Source: Balanoglossus misakiensis (lineage: Eukaryota; Animalia; Hemichordata). From it: a stretch of 64,000 nucleotides of DNA. The DNA lies in contig CM082585.2 of NCBI GenBank assembly GCA_040954595.2, forward strand, positions 944,814 through 1,008,813, in the 5' to 3' direction. The translations under genes and the position numbers were made by a program. Positions 26,194 through 39,399 of the stretch are shown here, piece by piece; within the stretch, counting starts at the first letter, position 1; each line of letters starts with the position of its first letter. Under the pieces are notes generated by a model. It saw only the letters and a list, made by a program, of their open reading frames with translations, ran no database searches and had not been told where the DNA came from.

Positions 26194-27486
26194 CAAGCAT
26201 CGTCCGATTCGAATTCGACTCGTCATCGGTAGCTTTGTTTATTTCGCCCTTGGAGACCTCCCCTGGCCTCGTTAGGATGACTGTTACCAGGACTACCTTA
26301 AACCAATATTTTCGAACCGGACGGTACACACGTCATGTCTTTGTTAATTGTCCAGGTACCAGAGTGTACGTGTGGGCTCCCTAAACCACTCATTGGCGGC
26401 CGGTCCCTGTCCGAATAAACACGTTTGACAGACAAAAAATGATGAACAAGTGGCTTATTTCAATACTTCGTTAACTAGACGGCTGAACTCTGAATGTTGA
26501 TTCAGCAAAAAAAATGTGTTTACGGCAAGGTTTCGATCAATACGACACATTTACCATTGAAAACGCCCAAAGTAAGTGGGGGCGTTTGACCATCAATCAA
26601 AACCACGCCCAGGTGCATGTGAACGGCCGAAGCAGTGTAACGTTTCACATTCCGTGCAACGTCCGACACTGTGTGAAAGCGGTTGCTGTCGGGTGGCTTG
26701 ACCTAATTTTCGTACATTGATATGCATTTGACACCTCACTACCTGTTTACTCAATATTGCTAAAACTTTGCGTTGAAATATCACTGAAATGTTGATGATC
26801 CACGCACAAGTCGTCTACCCCGGCATGAAAAGCGTCTTATACAAGAAAACTAATTGCACATGACCACCAAGGTCATACCGCAAGGTGTGTCTAAATGTCA
26901 AGGAAGGACACTTGGGTCAAGAACGACCATGACGGAGGAAAAACCGACAAGTCATTGTGTAACCTGTTTACTTGCCAATAGTCAAACGTCAAAATTTACT
27001 CTCAACTTGGTTGCAGATCGAGTCTCCCGAATTTCCAACTTTTATGATTGGGTAAATACCGATATGCGACTGGTATGCGACGCGTTGACGACGCGAAGAT
27101 TTTGTTGAAATCAAATGGTTTGTCAAATGTCATCTCACACTGGAGATACCGTGGTCATCTGACATGAAAGGGTTCGATTGGGTCTGACCGCCGTCGTTCA
27201 TCCATGCTTAGAAAGCGGCGATCATGGTACAAAGTAAAACCAAGGTCAAACCTTACTGAACACATGTATTGCATGGAGAAACTTTTCTCCCTGTCTGTGT
27301 ACTGAACACGTACCGTGATTGCCATAGTTACAAACGTTACCACGTGAGAGAGATTGCATTTTACATCTGTCTTTTCAATTTTGTTGCTTTCTTACTATTC
27401 GGAATGATGGAGTCGAAACGAAAACTTTTTGCTTCAGGTGGACCTAGGGGAAATACCTTATTTGTGACTTTTTTCATGACCCTAAA
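26194..27486. repeat. 1.29-kb island, copy 2 (continues into non-satellite DNA)
   Basis: Duplicate of 19199-20491; only visible difference is GCTAAATTTTTGCG vs GCTAAAACTTTGCG. Confidence 0.95.
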
Positions 27487-27699
27487 AAGACGTCGGAATT
27501 AATGTGGCTGAGGTCACTCAGGACGACGGAATGGTTGAGCGATTTTATTTTATGAGCTCCCACTAGTATTTGTTTTATTGTTTCGGCAGTGTGTCGCGTT
27601 ATTCGAGCAATCTGCAGTCTGAAAACGAACGGTTTTCAAAGTTTATAACAGAAGAACAGGGGTTTAAGCATGAAAGGTCCTGTTGTCTCCCTCGCTGTG

Positions 27700-27920
27700 T
27701 TTGTGTCACTGTGTCTTTGACGTCTGACTGACTGATTAACTGTCTGACTGACTTACTGACTGTCTGTCAACGTCGGTCTGTCTGACTGTCTGCCCCCTCT
27801 CTCTGAGAGAGAGAGTGAGCGAGCGAGCGAGCGAGCGACCGGTGAGTGTCTCTACTGATGAATGTTGCTCTGTCTGTCTGCTTGTGTCTGTCTGCCAATC
27901 TGCCTTTTTCACTCTGTCTC
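27700..27920. repeat. Compound microsatellite (GACT/GTCT/CT/GA/GAGC)
   Basis: Visible short-period repeats. Confidence 0.8.
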
Positions 27921-28701
27921 TCCTAATTTCTTTAAAATTAGGGATATGCTATTAATGCGATATGAAAGTCAGACACGACGGAAACCTTTTATTCTCAAAA
28001 CTGTCTGTTGTTTGCTGTTAAATATTGCAAAAGGTTAAGGGCCCTTTTCGCACGAGACACATGGCTTTGCAGCCGTAGCTCCCAATGTCATAACGATTAC
28101 CCGAACTACCCTAATTTTAGCCCGCCGACCCAAAACAGTTTAGATCTTCGCAAACCGGAAGTAAAAATAACGATGTCAAATATAAAACAATTCATGAAAA
28201 TTGCGAGAATCACGCAAGAACTATGATGTCATTCTTCTACACTACGACGGCCAAAGATATAAAAAAAATTGAAAAATAAAAAAATGTCCCTTTCTACCTA
28301 CAATATTTTTGAAAACCATGTAATCGGAATAGCACATATTAGTTTTTTTGGCCTGAGACATATCCAATTTCCCAACTGAACATGACACGTGATCAAGCAT
28401 TTTCGACTTATCAGATGCAATCGCTGAACACCACACTGAGCGAGGTTTTGTCTGTCTTTATACGCGCCCTTTGTATTTGTGCGTGACATGTCCAAGCCTT
28501 GTTAGGAACTCCCGTAAAATTCTACTCAAATGATGTATACTTTCATACTTACGACTGACAGGTATTTTCAGCGTTGCCAGCTGATTGTTTGTCAGGTACC
28601 GCTTTATAACAAGACGCCCCTCTGAGTTGATAACCTGCAATGTAACATCATTCAATTGGTCTAGTCATGTTAGCATTAGTAAAATGCTTCAAAAGTGTTA
28701 A

Positions 28702-28992
28702 AGGGACATGATACAAGACACCGTTTATGTTAGTGAATGAACGTTCAACCACACACAACTTCCATCCGGCTTGTATGATACGAGAGTAAAAACTCGCCCG
28801 AAATGAATAAATGGTAGAGACCGTTTATTCATTTTGGCTACTTTTTAAAACTCTCGTGTCTATACAAGCGGGGTGGAAGGTGTGTATGGTTGAACGTTGG
28901 TTCACTATATCCATATGTAGAATAATATAAACGCAGTCTTGTATCAAACATAATTAATGGAAAAAGGGCAGCGAGAGAGAGACTTTGTCCCT
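28702..28992. mobile_element. TTAA-flanked MITE family A (Kolobok/T2-type), internally deleted
   Basis: TTAA|AGGGACA...TGTCCCT|TTAA; homologous to 45199-45545. Confidence 0.85.
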
Positions 28993-29264
28993 TTAATGAA
29001 TACAGCCACAATGTTCTGTTTATATCTACTGACGGACCAGGCATGGATTGTCACGTATAATTCTTTGAAACGTTTGGTCCTCTGAAGAAATCTGAGCACT
29101 CATCTACTCAGTTTGCTTATTTTGTCTTCCTCCACCAGTCAGTGGTATCGTCCGATTTGATACTCCACTCTAAGCCTCTTTCTGAATGGCTCTTTAAGTT
29201 GTGATCTGTAAGTCTTAAACCTTTCATCATCCCCCCCCCCCCCGTTTCCTCTTTAGAGGTCGTC

Positions 29265-29626
29265 AACTGGTAAACTGTGCGCCTGTGTCTCTTCCCATAG
29301 GAGTACATGGAGAATAGTTAGAAAACTCACTTCTACTATTGTCATTTTCATGAAATTTTACACATAGCTCCGACAAATCAAAATAAATTCATCACGCTCT
29401 ATTTTGAGATAAACTTTGTTCAATATTGTATCCATAGACAAACCATTGGTAGAAAATGCTGACCGTTAGCAGTTTTCTTCAATTGTCGACTAAATTCACG
29501 GCCTTGTTTAAAGTCGAAAACAAGTGCAGTGACCCAAAATGGATTTTCATTATACATACAAATCAGAAACGAAAATTCACGATTAAAAGAAATGACAATG
29601 CTTTCAATTTTACTGATCGTACATCC
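29265..29626 (+). mobile_element. TTAA-ended repeat family B, degraded
   Basis: Ends GTACATCC|TTAA. Its left part is the reverse complement of ~39410-39640 and resembles ~38712-38960. Confidence 0.6.
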
Positions 29627-29630
29627 TTAA

Positions 29631-29950
29631 CTCGCTGCCCTTTTCCATGTTTGATACAAAACACCGTTTATATTAATGTAAATGTGGATATATAGTGATG
29701 CAACGTTCAACCGCACACACCTTCTATCCCGCATGTAGACACGAGAGCGAAAACTCGCAAAACTGAAAAATCGGTCTCTACCATTAATTCATTTTGGGCG
29801 AGTTTTTACTCTCATATCATACAAGCAGGATGGAAGTTGTGTGTGGTTGAACGTTCATTCACTACATAAACACATGCCCATTAATATAAACGGTGTCTTG
29901 TATCAAACATAATTAATAGAAAAGGGCGACGAGAGAGAGAGTTTGTCCCT
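29631..29950. mobile_element. MITE family A copy, left end clipped
   Basis: Homologous to 45199-45545; right end TTTGTCCCT|TTAA. Confidence 0.8.
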
Positions 29951-30679
29951 TTAAGGCGACATGATGCATGAAGTGGCGAGAGATAAACGCGGCTGACCAC
30001 CGCATTAAACACTGTCAAGCAAGGCACTTCAAATGCCAATTGTTTAAGTGTGTACTAAGTAATAGGTTCATGTACCATGGGGGGGGGGGGTCAAATCACA
30101 ACAGTTGGACATGTACGAATATGAAGAGACGATATCAGTTTGTTCATGTCTTCCTTTAGTAAAAAATCTTTTTTGAACTTTGTATAGAATTCATTGAACT
30201 TTACTTTAGCTTATGAACTCTCATTTGCACATCGTCATCTTGAAATTGTGTCGACTTTATCATAAGGTTTTTATAACTCAACTAGGTCGCAAAACCTATT
30301 TAAGTTAATGAGAATAGGACGTTCACCTTTTGGGTTGATGGCTACAGCCGTTAATCCTGACTCATACACATGTTGCAGCCAGTATACTCTGCAGACATTA
30401 GACACAATAGTTTTACGAACCATTAAATTTTATTGGACCATCAAGTTTATTGACCCATGACGTTCATATAGATTTTATGACACGACTGACGCTATAATCG
30501 GTCCTTACCTTTGGCGAGCCAAGTGTTTTATAACATCATAAGATATTAATACCTATCACCCAGTCAAACGATTTCAAGTTATAAAATTTCCACGCCAATA
30601 GGACGCCGTTAGGTGGAAATGCAACCAGGTATCCTAAATAGGAAAATATTCCGGGTATCTGTCAAGTTTAGTCCCATAT

Positions 30680-31260
30680 TTAGGGGACCAAGAGCCCTCA
30701 GGCGCTTGGTCCCCTTCTGTTATTGCTGGAGTTTGTCTTCTTTCTTCTTGAGTCGTTTTTTTGCGCCCGTTTTTCTCTGAAATTCCGGCAGGTGCGCCTC
30801 CAAATTTGGCACGGTGGTTGGGGCCCATGAGTACTGGTGCACCTGCCCTTTGAATTTGTAATTAGTCACGTGACTTTGTTGCTATAATCGAGCGAAATTT
30901 TCAAATTGACCTAATTTGCACGTTAATGGGGGCATGTACATTCTTTTCGCGATTTTTGTAGACCATGTGGCCAAAATCCCCTGTGCCAAATTTCAAGGTC
31001 CTAGGCCACGTCGATTTTGAGAAGAAGATTTTTGTAATATTTTTTCGCATTTTTTGGTGGGCTGAGGACGGACACTGGGGCATCGGACTTTGACCGTCAT
31101 TACGTAATGTTGTGGAGATCTCATTAGCAGGCTACTCACTTCTGGCGGGTTGCAGTAGTCCTTGGAAAATCGGCTGAAATACGTAAACAGACCAGTGATT
31201 ATTTTCCACGGAATGAATTTTGGGACAACACATTATCGGAGTTCAGGCTGTGTTAGGGCG
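30680..31260 (+). mobile_element. Helentron/HINE-like non-autonomous element (5' part)
   Basis: Terminal palindrome GGGGACCAAG...CTTGGTCCCC (30683-30714), then a CTT-rich tract and a ~160-bp core unit (31083-31250) that recurs, diverged, at 33853-34012. Confidence 0.5.
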
Positions 31261-31279
31261 TTTTATTGAATTACGCTGA

Positions 31280-33820
31280 GTTTGGATTGACCACTGTGTT
31301 ACCACTAAAAATTTTTATAGCAATGTTCTTTCAATTTCGAGTCTTTGCAATGTTGTTGACTCCGACCATATTCCTGTTTCAATAGAGGTTCATTTCAACA
31401 CTTCTGCTGATGAATGCTTCAGCAGTAGTTCCTTCAAGCAATGTAATTTTCGAGTTGATTGGAAAAAATTGTCACAGCAGAATATATCCGCCTACACCCG
31501 TTGTACCAAAGCCAAGGTTGATAAGATTAATATATCCGAAGAGTTATTCTGCACTAATGTGAACTGTACATACCCTTCGCATTTACAGGCAATTGATACT
31601 TGTTATAGTAGTGTTGTGGACGCATTGAATTGTGCTGCAAAAGATACCATTAGGCGTAAGTTTCACCAGAAAGTTCATGTTGTGCCTGGCTGGAACGATT
31701 TTGTAAAAGAAAGTCACGACTATGCCCGTTCCATGTTTTTATTATGGGTTAATGGGGGTAAACCTTAACAAGGCCCGCTTTTTGAAACCATGAAATCTTC
31801 CAGAGCTCGTTTTAAGTATGCTTTACGTGCTTGTAAAAAGATTGAGAATCAAAATAGGGCTGACAAGATGGCTGACAATTTACGCTGCCACAAACAGAAC
31901 GACTTCTGGAAGGAAGTCAGAAAGCAAACTAGCAGAAAAATGCCGCTTTCTGACACTGTAGGTGGAGCGACTGGTGAGAGTGAAATTGCAATTATGTGGC
32001 ACAAGCATTTCAGTGATATTTTGAATTCTGTCCAGGCTCAGACTGGTAAAAATGACATCGAGGAGAAAATGAAGTATGTTAAATTTTCTTCTGATATGTA
32101 TGTTTCTGAAGAAGAAGTAATTTCTGCTATACATAAGTTACCTGACGATAAGACAGCTGGCATTGACAATATTTCAGCTGAGCACCTCAAATTCTCAGAC
32201 TCCTCTATTTTACCCATTTTGACTTGATTGTTCATGGTTACCTGCAAACTGAGGCTATCAAAGTTATTTTAGTTCCAATTAAGGATAAAACTAAGCTTTG
32301 TAGTGATGCCAGTAACTACCGGCCGATAGCACTAGCAACTGTTTTCTCTAAAGTTTTTGAGCCTATTTTACTTTCTCGTTGTGAGGAGTTTCTTACCTCT
32401 CATTATTTACAATTTGGTTTCAAGCGAGAACATTCAACTGACCTGTGTTTATTTGCATTTAAAGAAATCATTAGCTACTACACCAGCAATGGAAGACCAG
32501 TGTTTACTTGTTTTCTGGATGCTTCAAAAGCTTTTGACAGAGTTAATCACTTTAAACTGGTTAACAAGCTCATCGACAGGAATGTTCCCTTGTATGCTGT
32601 ACGAATTTTATATTAAAGGTCCCATGCCATGCCCTATACAACCACGCGTAAAATCACTATTTGGGTCTTGAAGTTAACGTATGTTACTATCTTGCAATGC
32701 GTTTTGCCCCTTGTGCTTAGATAACAAGCAAGTAAAAGTGGCGGGTGGGCGTGTACCCCTAACCCAACTCAGTCGATTTTTTTTGGCTTTTCGAAGTTAA
32801 GCCGAAGACTTATCTTGATGTGGACAAATAGTCTTTCAAACCTTTGTAAATCCTCTGCCTGCAATGTGAGGCAAGGGCTTCCTTTGCTTTGAACACTGTT
32901 TATATAGCTTATCTTTGTCTGTGGACTTAATTACTCATGGACCGATAATTACACTTTACTGTAAACAGAATGGTACACTACGACATAGTGTACTTGTTTG
33001 TCCATATGCAAATACCTTCGCCTGGCTCGAGTGCGAAGTGGCTCCCCGATCACAGGCATGAAAAAAGGTGGCAAATTCCGGCATTCGTGCACATTTTTCG
33101 GAACCGACACAATAGGCAATGCATAGACAGGTACCCTAGGTGAGCTTTTGACGTGGAAAAATGAAAACTTTCCAAAGCATGACATGTGACCTTTAATGGT
33201 ACAGAAATCAATTGTTTACTGTGTTGTGGGGTAATGAAACCTCAGAGTTGTTTTCTGTTTCTAACGGTGTAAGACAAGGGGGAGTACTCTCTCCCTGTCT
33301 TTTTAATGTCTACATTGATGATCTTATCAATGCACTCTGTAAAGCCAAAGTTGGCTGTACCATGTGTGGTGTCAGCGCTAACACTTTAGGTTACGCTGAC
33401 GACATGACTCTACTCAGTCCAAGTATTAAGGGTCTACACCGTCTTCTTAGAATTTGTGAAATTTATGGCAAGGATTATGATATAATTTATAATTCTAGTA
33501 AAACTGTGTGCATGCTTTTTAATGGGAAGAATATGAGCGTTCAAAGAATTCCTTCGGTTAAACTTAATGACATCACTTTAAAGTTTGTACCTGTACACAC
33601 CTATCTGGGCCATGTTATATCTTGTGAGGGTTGTGATAATGAAGATATTGAACTGATAATGAAGATATTGAACGACAGAGAAGAGCATTTTGTGTTAGAG
33701 CAAACATGCTATTGAGACATTTTCAACATTTTAGTCAAGATGTGAAGAAAGTTTTATTTTTGGCATATTGTAGTAATATTTACTGTTGCAGTTTGTGGGC
33801 ATCCTTTAAAGTAAAACCGA
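31280..33820 (+). pseudogene. Degraded non-LTR retrotransposon ORF2 (RTE-X-like), endonuclease end through RT
   Basis: Broken frames with WIDHCVT, SDHIPV, PGWNDFVK, SNYRPIAL, QFGFKREHST, FLDASKAFDRVNH, GVRQGGVLSP, YADD. Contains stops, frameshifts and a 20-bp tandem duplication near 33634-33673. Confidence 0.88.
32617..33192. mobile_element. Kolobok-type MITE inserted in the LINE RT
   Basis: TTAA on both sides; 16-bp TIR AGGTCCCATGCCATGC / GCATGACATGTGACCT. Removing it rejoins RILY*WYRNQLFTVLWG. Confidence 0.9.
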
Positions 33821-34519
33821 TTTAAAACAACCGATAAAAAAATTTAAAACAGTGGACTTTGACCCTAAGTCGCTAATGTTGTGGGAGGTTTCATTAGCAT
33901 TGTAGTCACATGTAGTGGGTAGTAGTTTGGGAAATTGGCTGAAATACGTCAGCAGACCAGTGATTTTCTTGCACGACAGGAGTATGGTACCAGCAATAAT
34001 CAGAGATCAGGCTTCGTTGCCGTTCAAAAGTTCCTACTTCAGTCGTGATGTTGCAACTGGACGTTCAGTATGGGGGTCGGCCCGCAGGTGGCCGTGTGGG
34101 TTATCAGGTCGCCCGTAACGGCACGCAGCTACATGCAGCTGTATGGGACTAAAATAATACACCCGATTCGGGTGTCACCTGTGACACCTGCATAACTCAA
34201 TAATTATGTGCATGCGTAATTGTGGGGTCAATGAAAGGGGTGGTAGCGTGCTATTTGTTGCACATGGATCAATATGAAGTCCGATTTTCCCGTCAAGTTG
34301 TGGGCGACCTTATGTGACCTTTCACCTACTTTTGCTTAGTGAGCATCCACAGCAGATGCATGCAGCTTTGGCTTGGGAGGGGGGGGGGCATATACGGATG
34401 GGACCATAATGATATACCAAAGGCGGGGTCGTCTGTTGCACCTGCCTAAGTCATTGATTTTGTACATTTAATTAGACACTAACCAACAGGGCGATAGGTG
34501 TGGTTTTTGTTCCACAGGG

Positions 34520-35722
34520 ACGAATGTAAGTGTCAGTTGGTTTTTGCCCAAATGTCCATTGAGGCCTGTATCCGTGATCTTAAGGACTGGATAACCCAAA
34601 ACAAGCTTCAACTCAACGACTCCAAAACTGAGATTCTACTTATTCGTTCACAATTTCATCACTCTGCTGATGCTATTGACAAGATTACCATTGGTTCAAG
34701 CTCTGTTCCCGTCGTTAAATCAGCTCGCAATATTGGTGTAATATTTAAGCAATAAAACACCCCCAGCCATGGTATACCACGAGATTTTGACCAGTTCACG
34801 ACATATACGCACGAGCGATAGCGAGTGCGTATATGGAGTTGAACTGGTCAAAATCGAGTGGTATACCATAGCTGGGGGTGTTTTATTGCTATTATATTAT
34901 GCCAGTATATTGAAACTTTGCATAAAACATTTTAAAAGGGCATTTTCTTTGACTATGATATATGACTGTGGTATATGGCTAATATATCACGGTCACGTGT
35001 CGTGTCTCGACCAATCAAATAGCGTGATTTACACCATCAATATACTGGTATGATATAATTGACAATACGCACATGTATAAAGATCACATCAAGAAAACTT
35101 GTCAATCAATATATTACCACTTTCGCCGTGTCGGACAAATCAGGAAATTTCTTAACAAAGCAACATGTCAAACAGTGATTCATGCTATTTTGGCAGCGAA
35201 ACTCGACTATGGTAATGCATTACTGTATGGTATACCAGAACGCAGTCTGAACCTTCTACAACGCACACAAAATACAGCTGCAAGAATCATAACTCGGTCC
35301 AGGAAGTCTGCCCATATAACGCCAGTTCTTCAACTTCTTCATTGGTTACCAGTTCGCCACAGGATAGAGTATAAAATAAATCTGCTCACATACAAAGCCT
35401 TAAATAATCTCGCTCCGAACTATATCCGCGATCTCATTCGGACATATTCTCCTGGTCGCAGGCTTCGTTCAGCTAATAAGAGCCTTGTATGCACTACAAT
35501 GTACAAACGTTCTTCATACGGTGGCCGAGCATTCTCTCATGCTGCAACGAAACTGTGGAACATTCGTCAAGCTCCAAGTTTGAGTATCTTTAAGAAAAGA
35601 CTGAAGACGCATTATTTCGCAAGAGCATATGGTGTGGGCCAATGAGCACAAGCGCCTTTGAGTATGACACTTGTTATAGATACTGGCGCTATACAAATTT
35701 CTCTGATTGATTGATTGATTGA
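34520..35722 (+). pseudogene. 5'-truncated L2-clade LINE (RT C-terminus and 3' end)
   Basis: NKLQLNDSKTE, ARNIGVIF, KLDYGNALLYG, HITPVLQLLHWLPV, FKKRLKTH; 3' GCGC stem and (TGAT)n tail. Confidence 0.9.
34747..35058. mobile_element. Non-autonomous double-inverted-repeat element (Crypton-V-like) inside L2
   Basis: Interrupts L2 between GVIF and DN. Long hairpin at 34748-34890 plus a second IR pair (~34894-34913 / ~35038-35057); no clear TSD. Confidence 0.7.
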
Positions 35723-36532
35723 TGTATAAGGTGATTTGGATGACCTCTGTCATAGAGTGCCATATCTCATCCCGTTGTACAGGTGCAGCTTTGGTATTTG
35801 GAGGGATGAAACTATCATGAAATGCCAAATACAGGGGGATACCTTTGACACCTGCTTGATTCATGTATTACGTGCATACCTAATGTTAGGCAAAGTGAAA
35901 GGGCTGCAAATGTAGGATTTGTTGCACAAGACATAAACAGAAATGAAATTTTTCTGTCAAATTTTTGAATGACCTCAGGTGTCCATTGACCTGCTTTCCA
36001 TATGTTAGCATGCACATCATATATAGCCACGTGTTTGGAGGGGTAGGGTAGGACCGTCATGAAATGCTAAATTCCTAGGGCCACCTGTAACTTACTTGCG
36101 TAACTCATTATTATGGCCATACCTAATTTTAAAAACCCAAAGGGCGAGAATTTTCCGTTGTCTTGAATATGAACCAAATAGGAATCCAAATTTTTGGCCC
36201 AATTTTTGGGTACCCTCAGCTGACCTTTGAAGTACTTAACTGAAGTCCTTACATAACGTAGAAGTTCACTTGTGGTTGTTGTGTTTGTACTTGTAGGACA
36301 TCCATTTCGGGTGGTTGCCTACTTCCCCATATCTCCACATCCAGAGCAAATACAGCCTACGCAATTGAATGGTACAACCCTGAATGGAGTCTAATGGTTA
36401 TTATCTCTATGCTTGGGCCCCTTCAATGCTGCTTGGAGCTTTAATTATTACTATTATTGTTGTCACGATATAAAGACACCAACTAAAAACTTACAAAATC
36501 ACAATGTCTTCACAACTCAAAATTTCACTCAC

Positions 36533-37624
36533 TTCTTTTAGTTTGGTAGCCACCCCTCCTTTCTGTCCTAGCATAACAGGAGCACCATCACTGCCCAAAG
36601 CAGACAGACGATCTCTTAAGACAATACCATTCTCTGAAGAAAACTCTTTCACTGACTGTGCAATGGTGTCTGCTCTGCCATCACCAACCTAAAACAGTGA
36701 AAATAAAACCTTGATGTTAACACATGCATTGTACAACTCAATGTTTGTCTCACCTGAAATAACTAGTCAGCAAAATCAATTAAATGAGGTCACTCAAAAA
36801 CATGTTTAATCGTATGTTTTTAATTCAGTGTAGACTTAAAAATTGAAAAACTTTCCACTTACTTCTTTAACTCCAAGGAAAGACACAACTGACTTCCCAG
36901 ACTTCAAGGTGTACTTGGAATAGATGATTAATTGCTTCAATACAGCCACATCAGTTGTTTTCATCTATTAACAGTGAATAGAAGTTACTTCCTTTCATCT
37001 TCTCTAAAATCTCATCACGGATGACTTTGCCTGAAAAATGAAATAAATGAAAATTACTCTTCAGATTAAACTTATCATAATTCACAGTAATTTGTACAGT
37101 AATTATTCTTTATTGAGTGTAACACTATTGCTTAAACAGTGATCCTTTCTTGAAAACAACCAGGTTTAAATAAATGTTACTACATTGCCTACAATTTAGA
37201 TCTGCACAAAAATCAGTAGACCTACTTACCAATGCAATAAACCATTATAGTTGTGGTCATCACTGCTGAGAGTACCAAGGAATGAACACCCGAGGGACTT
37301 TGCCAATTCCAAAACATGGATGAAGTTGGTGGTGTGCGGCAATTCTCTGTGCATGAGAAAATACATGCATCGTAGGACGCCGATGCATGAAGGCTTGCGT
37401 CTCAAAGGTGATGACCTTGTCAAATGCAGCCACAAGACCGCTGCTGTTCTCGATAACTGCTGCCTCGGCGTCAAGCTGCATTGCCGCCCGGTCGATAATC
37501 GTCTCTTCATGCTGCTTGAGTTTGTCTTCGCGAAGGGTGGTACATGTACATGGAGATGTTGTAACCCAAGTCCCTCCGCACTTGGCCTTCTGCTTGTGTT
37601 TTGTACAAAGGCGACAAAACATCC
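36533..37624 (-). pseudogene. Intron-containing hAT transposase (ZNF862-like), frameshifted and incomplete
   Basis: Three GT-AG-bounded exons: 37624-37230 (MFCRLC..HE, ELPHTTNF), 37030-36863 (FYSLLIDE-TTDVAVLKQLIIY, +1 frameshift), 36688-36533 (DGRADTI..LGSDGAPVMLGQKGGVATKLKE). Confidence 0.85.
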
Positions 37625-37905
37625 CTAAACTGAATAAATATCATTCTCTCAAATGCCAGCCGCATGCGGGAGCGTGCACCAGAAACAATAAATATTTACC
37701 AAGGCGGGAATGAAAAGAAAGCAGGGCGGCGCGTAAGATAGCAGGGTGGCAAAAAATAAAGGAGGGCGGGCCTGCCCAGCTAACCCCCCCCCCCCAAAGT
37801 ATTAACGCTCTGTGTTTACCATAGACTAATAGTGTCTCAAATTTTACCCTGTGTGAACCTGGTAAGAGACGTGTCTCAAATCTGAGAAGATTCAGGACCA
37901 CTTAA

Positions 37906-38707
37906 ACCATTCACCAATAATAATTTATGCCAGTATTTGATCTGAGACGTTTTAGCAATTTCTTGTGTGACCCCCATATCAGTTGAAGCTGACAAATCCA
38001 GTATTTTGAATTTTTACATGGATTTTGTATACAGTGTGAATTGTAATTAAAGCTCCATTACCTTTACCTTTTTCCTATGTTTTCAGTATCTTTGTTTAGC
38101 AGTTTCTTGTGCAAATTCCCGAAACATGATGAAACATATATGTGTATGGTCAGCATTGTTATTGTGCCAAATTGGAATTTAAGTCCAGACTAGAATCCAT
38201 GAATTATTGTCAACAATGACAATGGCCATTATACACATACATTCTGTGCTGACAAGTAACAATCTGTGTGGAGTAGAACATGAAATCGCATTTGCTACAT
38301 AGAACAAAAATACTGGAAATAAAGCCAAAAGATACAATGAATGTATATTTAACTTTAACTGCATTCTCATTCTCATCTGTATATATTTTACTGAGATTGT
38401 TTCATCAGGGTTTATCAGTATTCTAAACCAGCTTATGTGTGCATACAATCTGATTAAAATCAGATGTAGGGTACGGCGACGTCTTTTACTTCGCAGTACG
38501 GTATTCTTATACTGTCGCCTCACACTACATCTGACCAACTCCCATAGAAGCTCCCGTTGAAAACTCTAGTAAACCAATCAGACGGTGCCTTATAGAGAAC
38601 TTTAGGTATCCTTCAGTTTTGATTGACATAACGTGCAATCTGATTGGCTTGGCCGCAACGGGACGTTGAACAAGCTTCTATATCTGATTCATATAATACT
38701 GAAAGGG
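37906..38707. mobile_element. Possible degraded piggyBac-type MITE
   Basis: Right end CTGAAAGGG|TTAA; weak left end TTAA|ACCATTCA. Confidence 0.3.
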
Positions 38708-39399
38708 TTAAGAATGGCACACACTACATGTATGAGCTCATGGAATGTGTTTCTTCCCATAGGATAACATTAAGAATTGATAGAAAACCCTTTTCTACTA
38801 TTGTAATTTTAAGAAGTTTCACTTATAACTCATCCAAATGAAATTAAATTGAGTGATTCATATAAGTTGTAGGCTCACCACTGTGCTCAGTTTTGAGATA
38901 AACTTAAATGTGTCCATGCCTATAGAAAAATAACATAGAAAGACCTATGGTGAAAAATGTTGACTTTAATTCAGGCTGCATTAGTGGAAAAATAATCATA
39001 CTTTGTCTGGCATAGAAACTCAGAATCTACAAAAAAGGCCTTTAAAACATGAATGGAAATGAAAATACTGCTACAATAAGAAATTCTTACCTTGAATAAA
39101 GTATTTATTGGTACCACCACTTCCATAAAGAAACCACTTTGCTGGTGTAATGAGTTGTCAATCTGGGTTTGCTCATTGGCCTTGCTTTGAGTTCCAATTC
39201 ATGATGATGGTGTATTAGGACACTGGACTTGAAACAGGTGTATGCTGGTATTATACACGTTGAAAGTATTGTCATTCTTTTAATTGTGGATTTTTGGATT
39301 ATGCTGTGTATGTATAATGAGAATCCGTTAAAAATTGTAGGGGTCATTGCCCTTTTTAAAAAAAATACAGAGCCATGAATTTAGTTGATAATAGAAGAA

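Noticed and set aside
28786-28803. MITE sequence GTAAAAACTCGCCCGAAA matches the BEL 18-bp repeat at 16/18
   Set aside because: No flanking homology and the element classes are unrelated; treated as probable coincidence.
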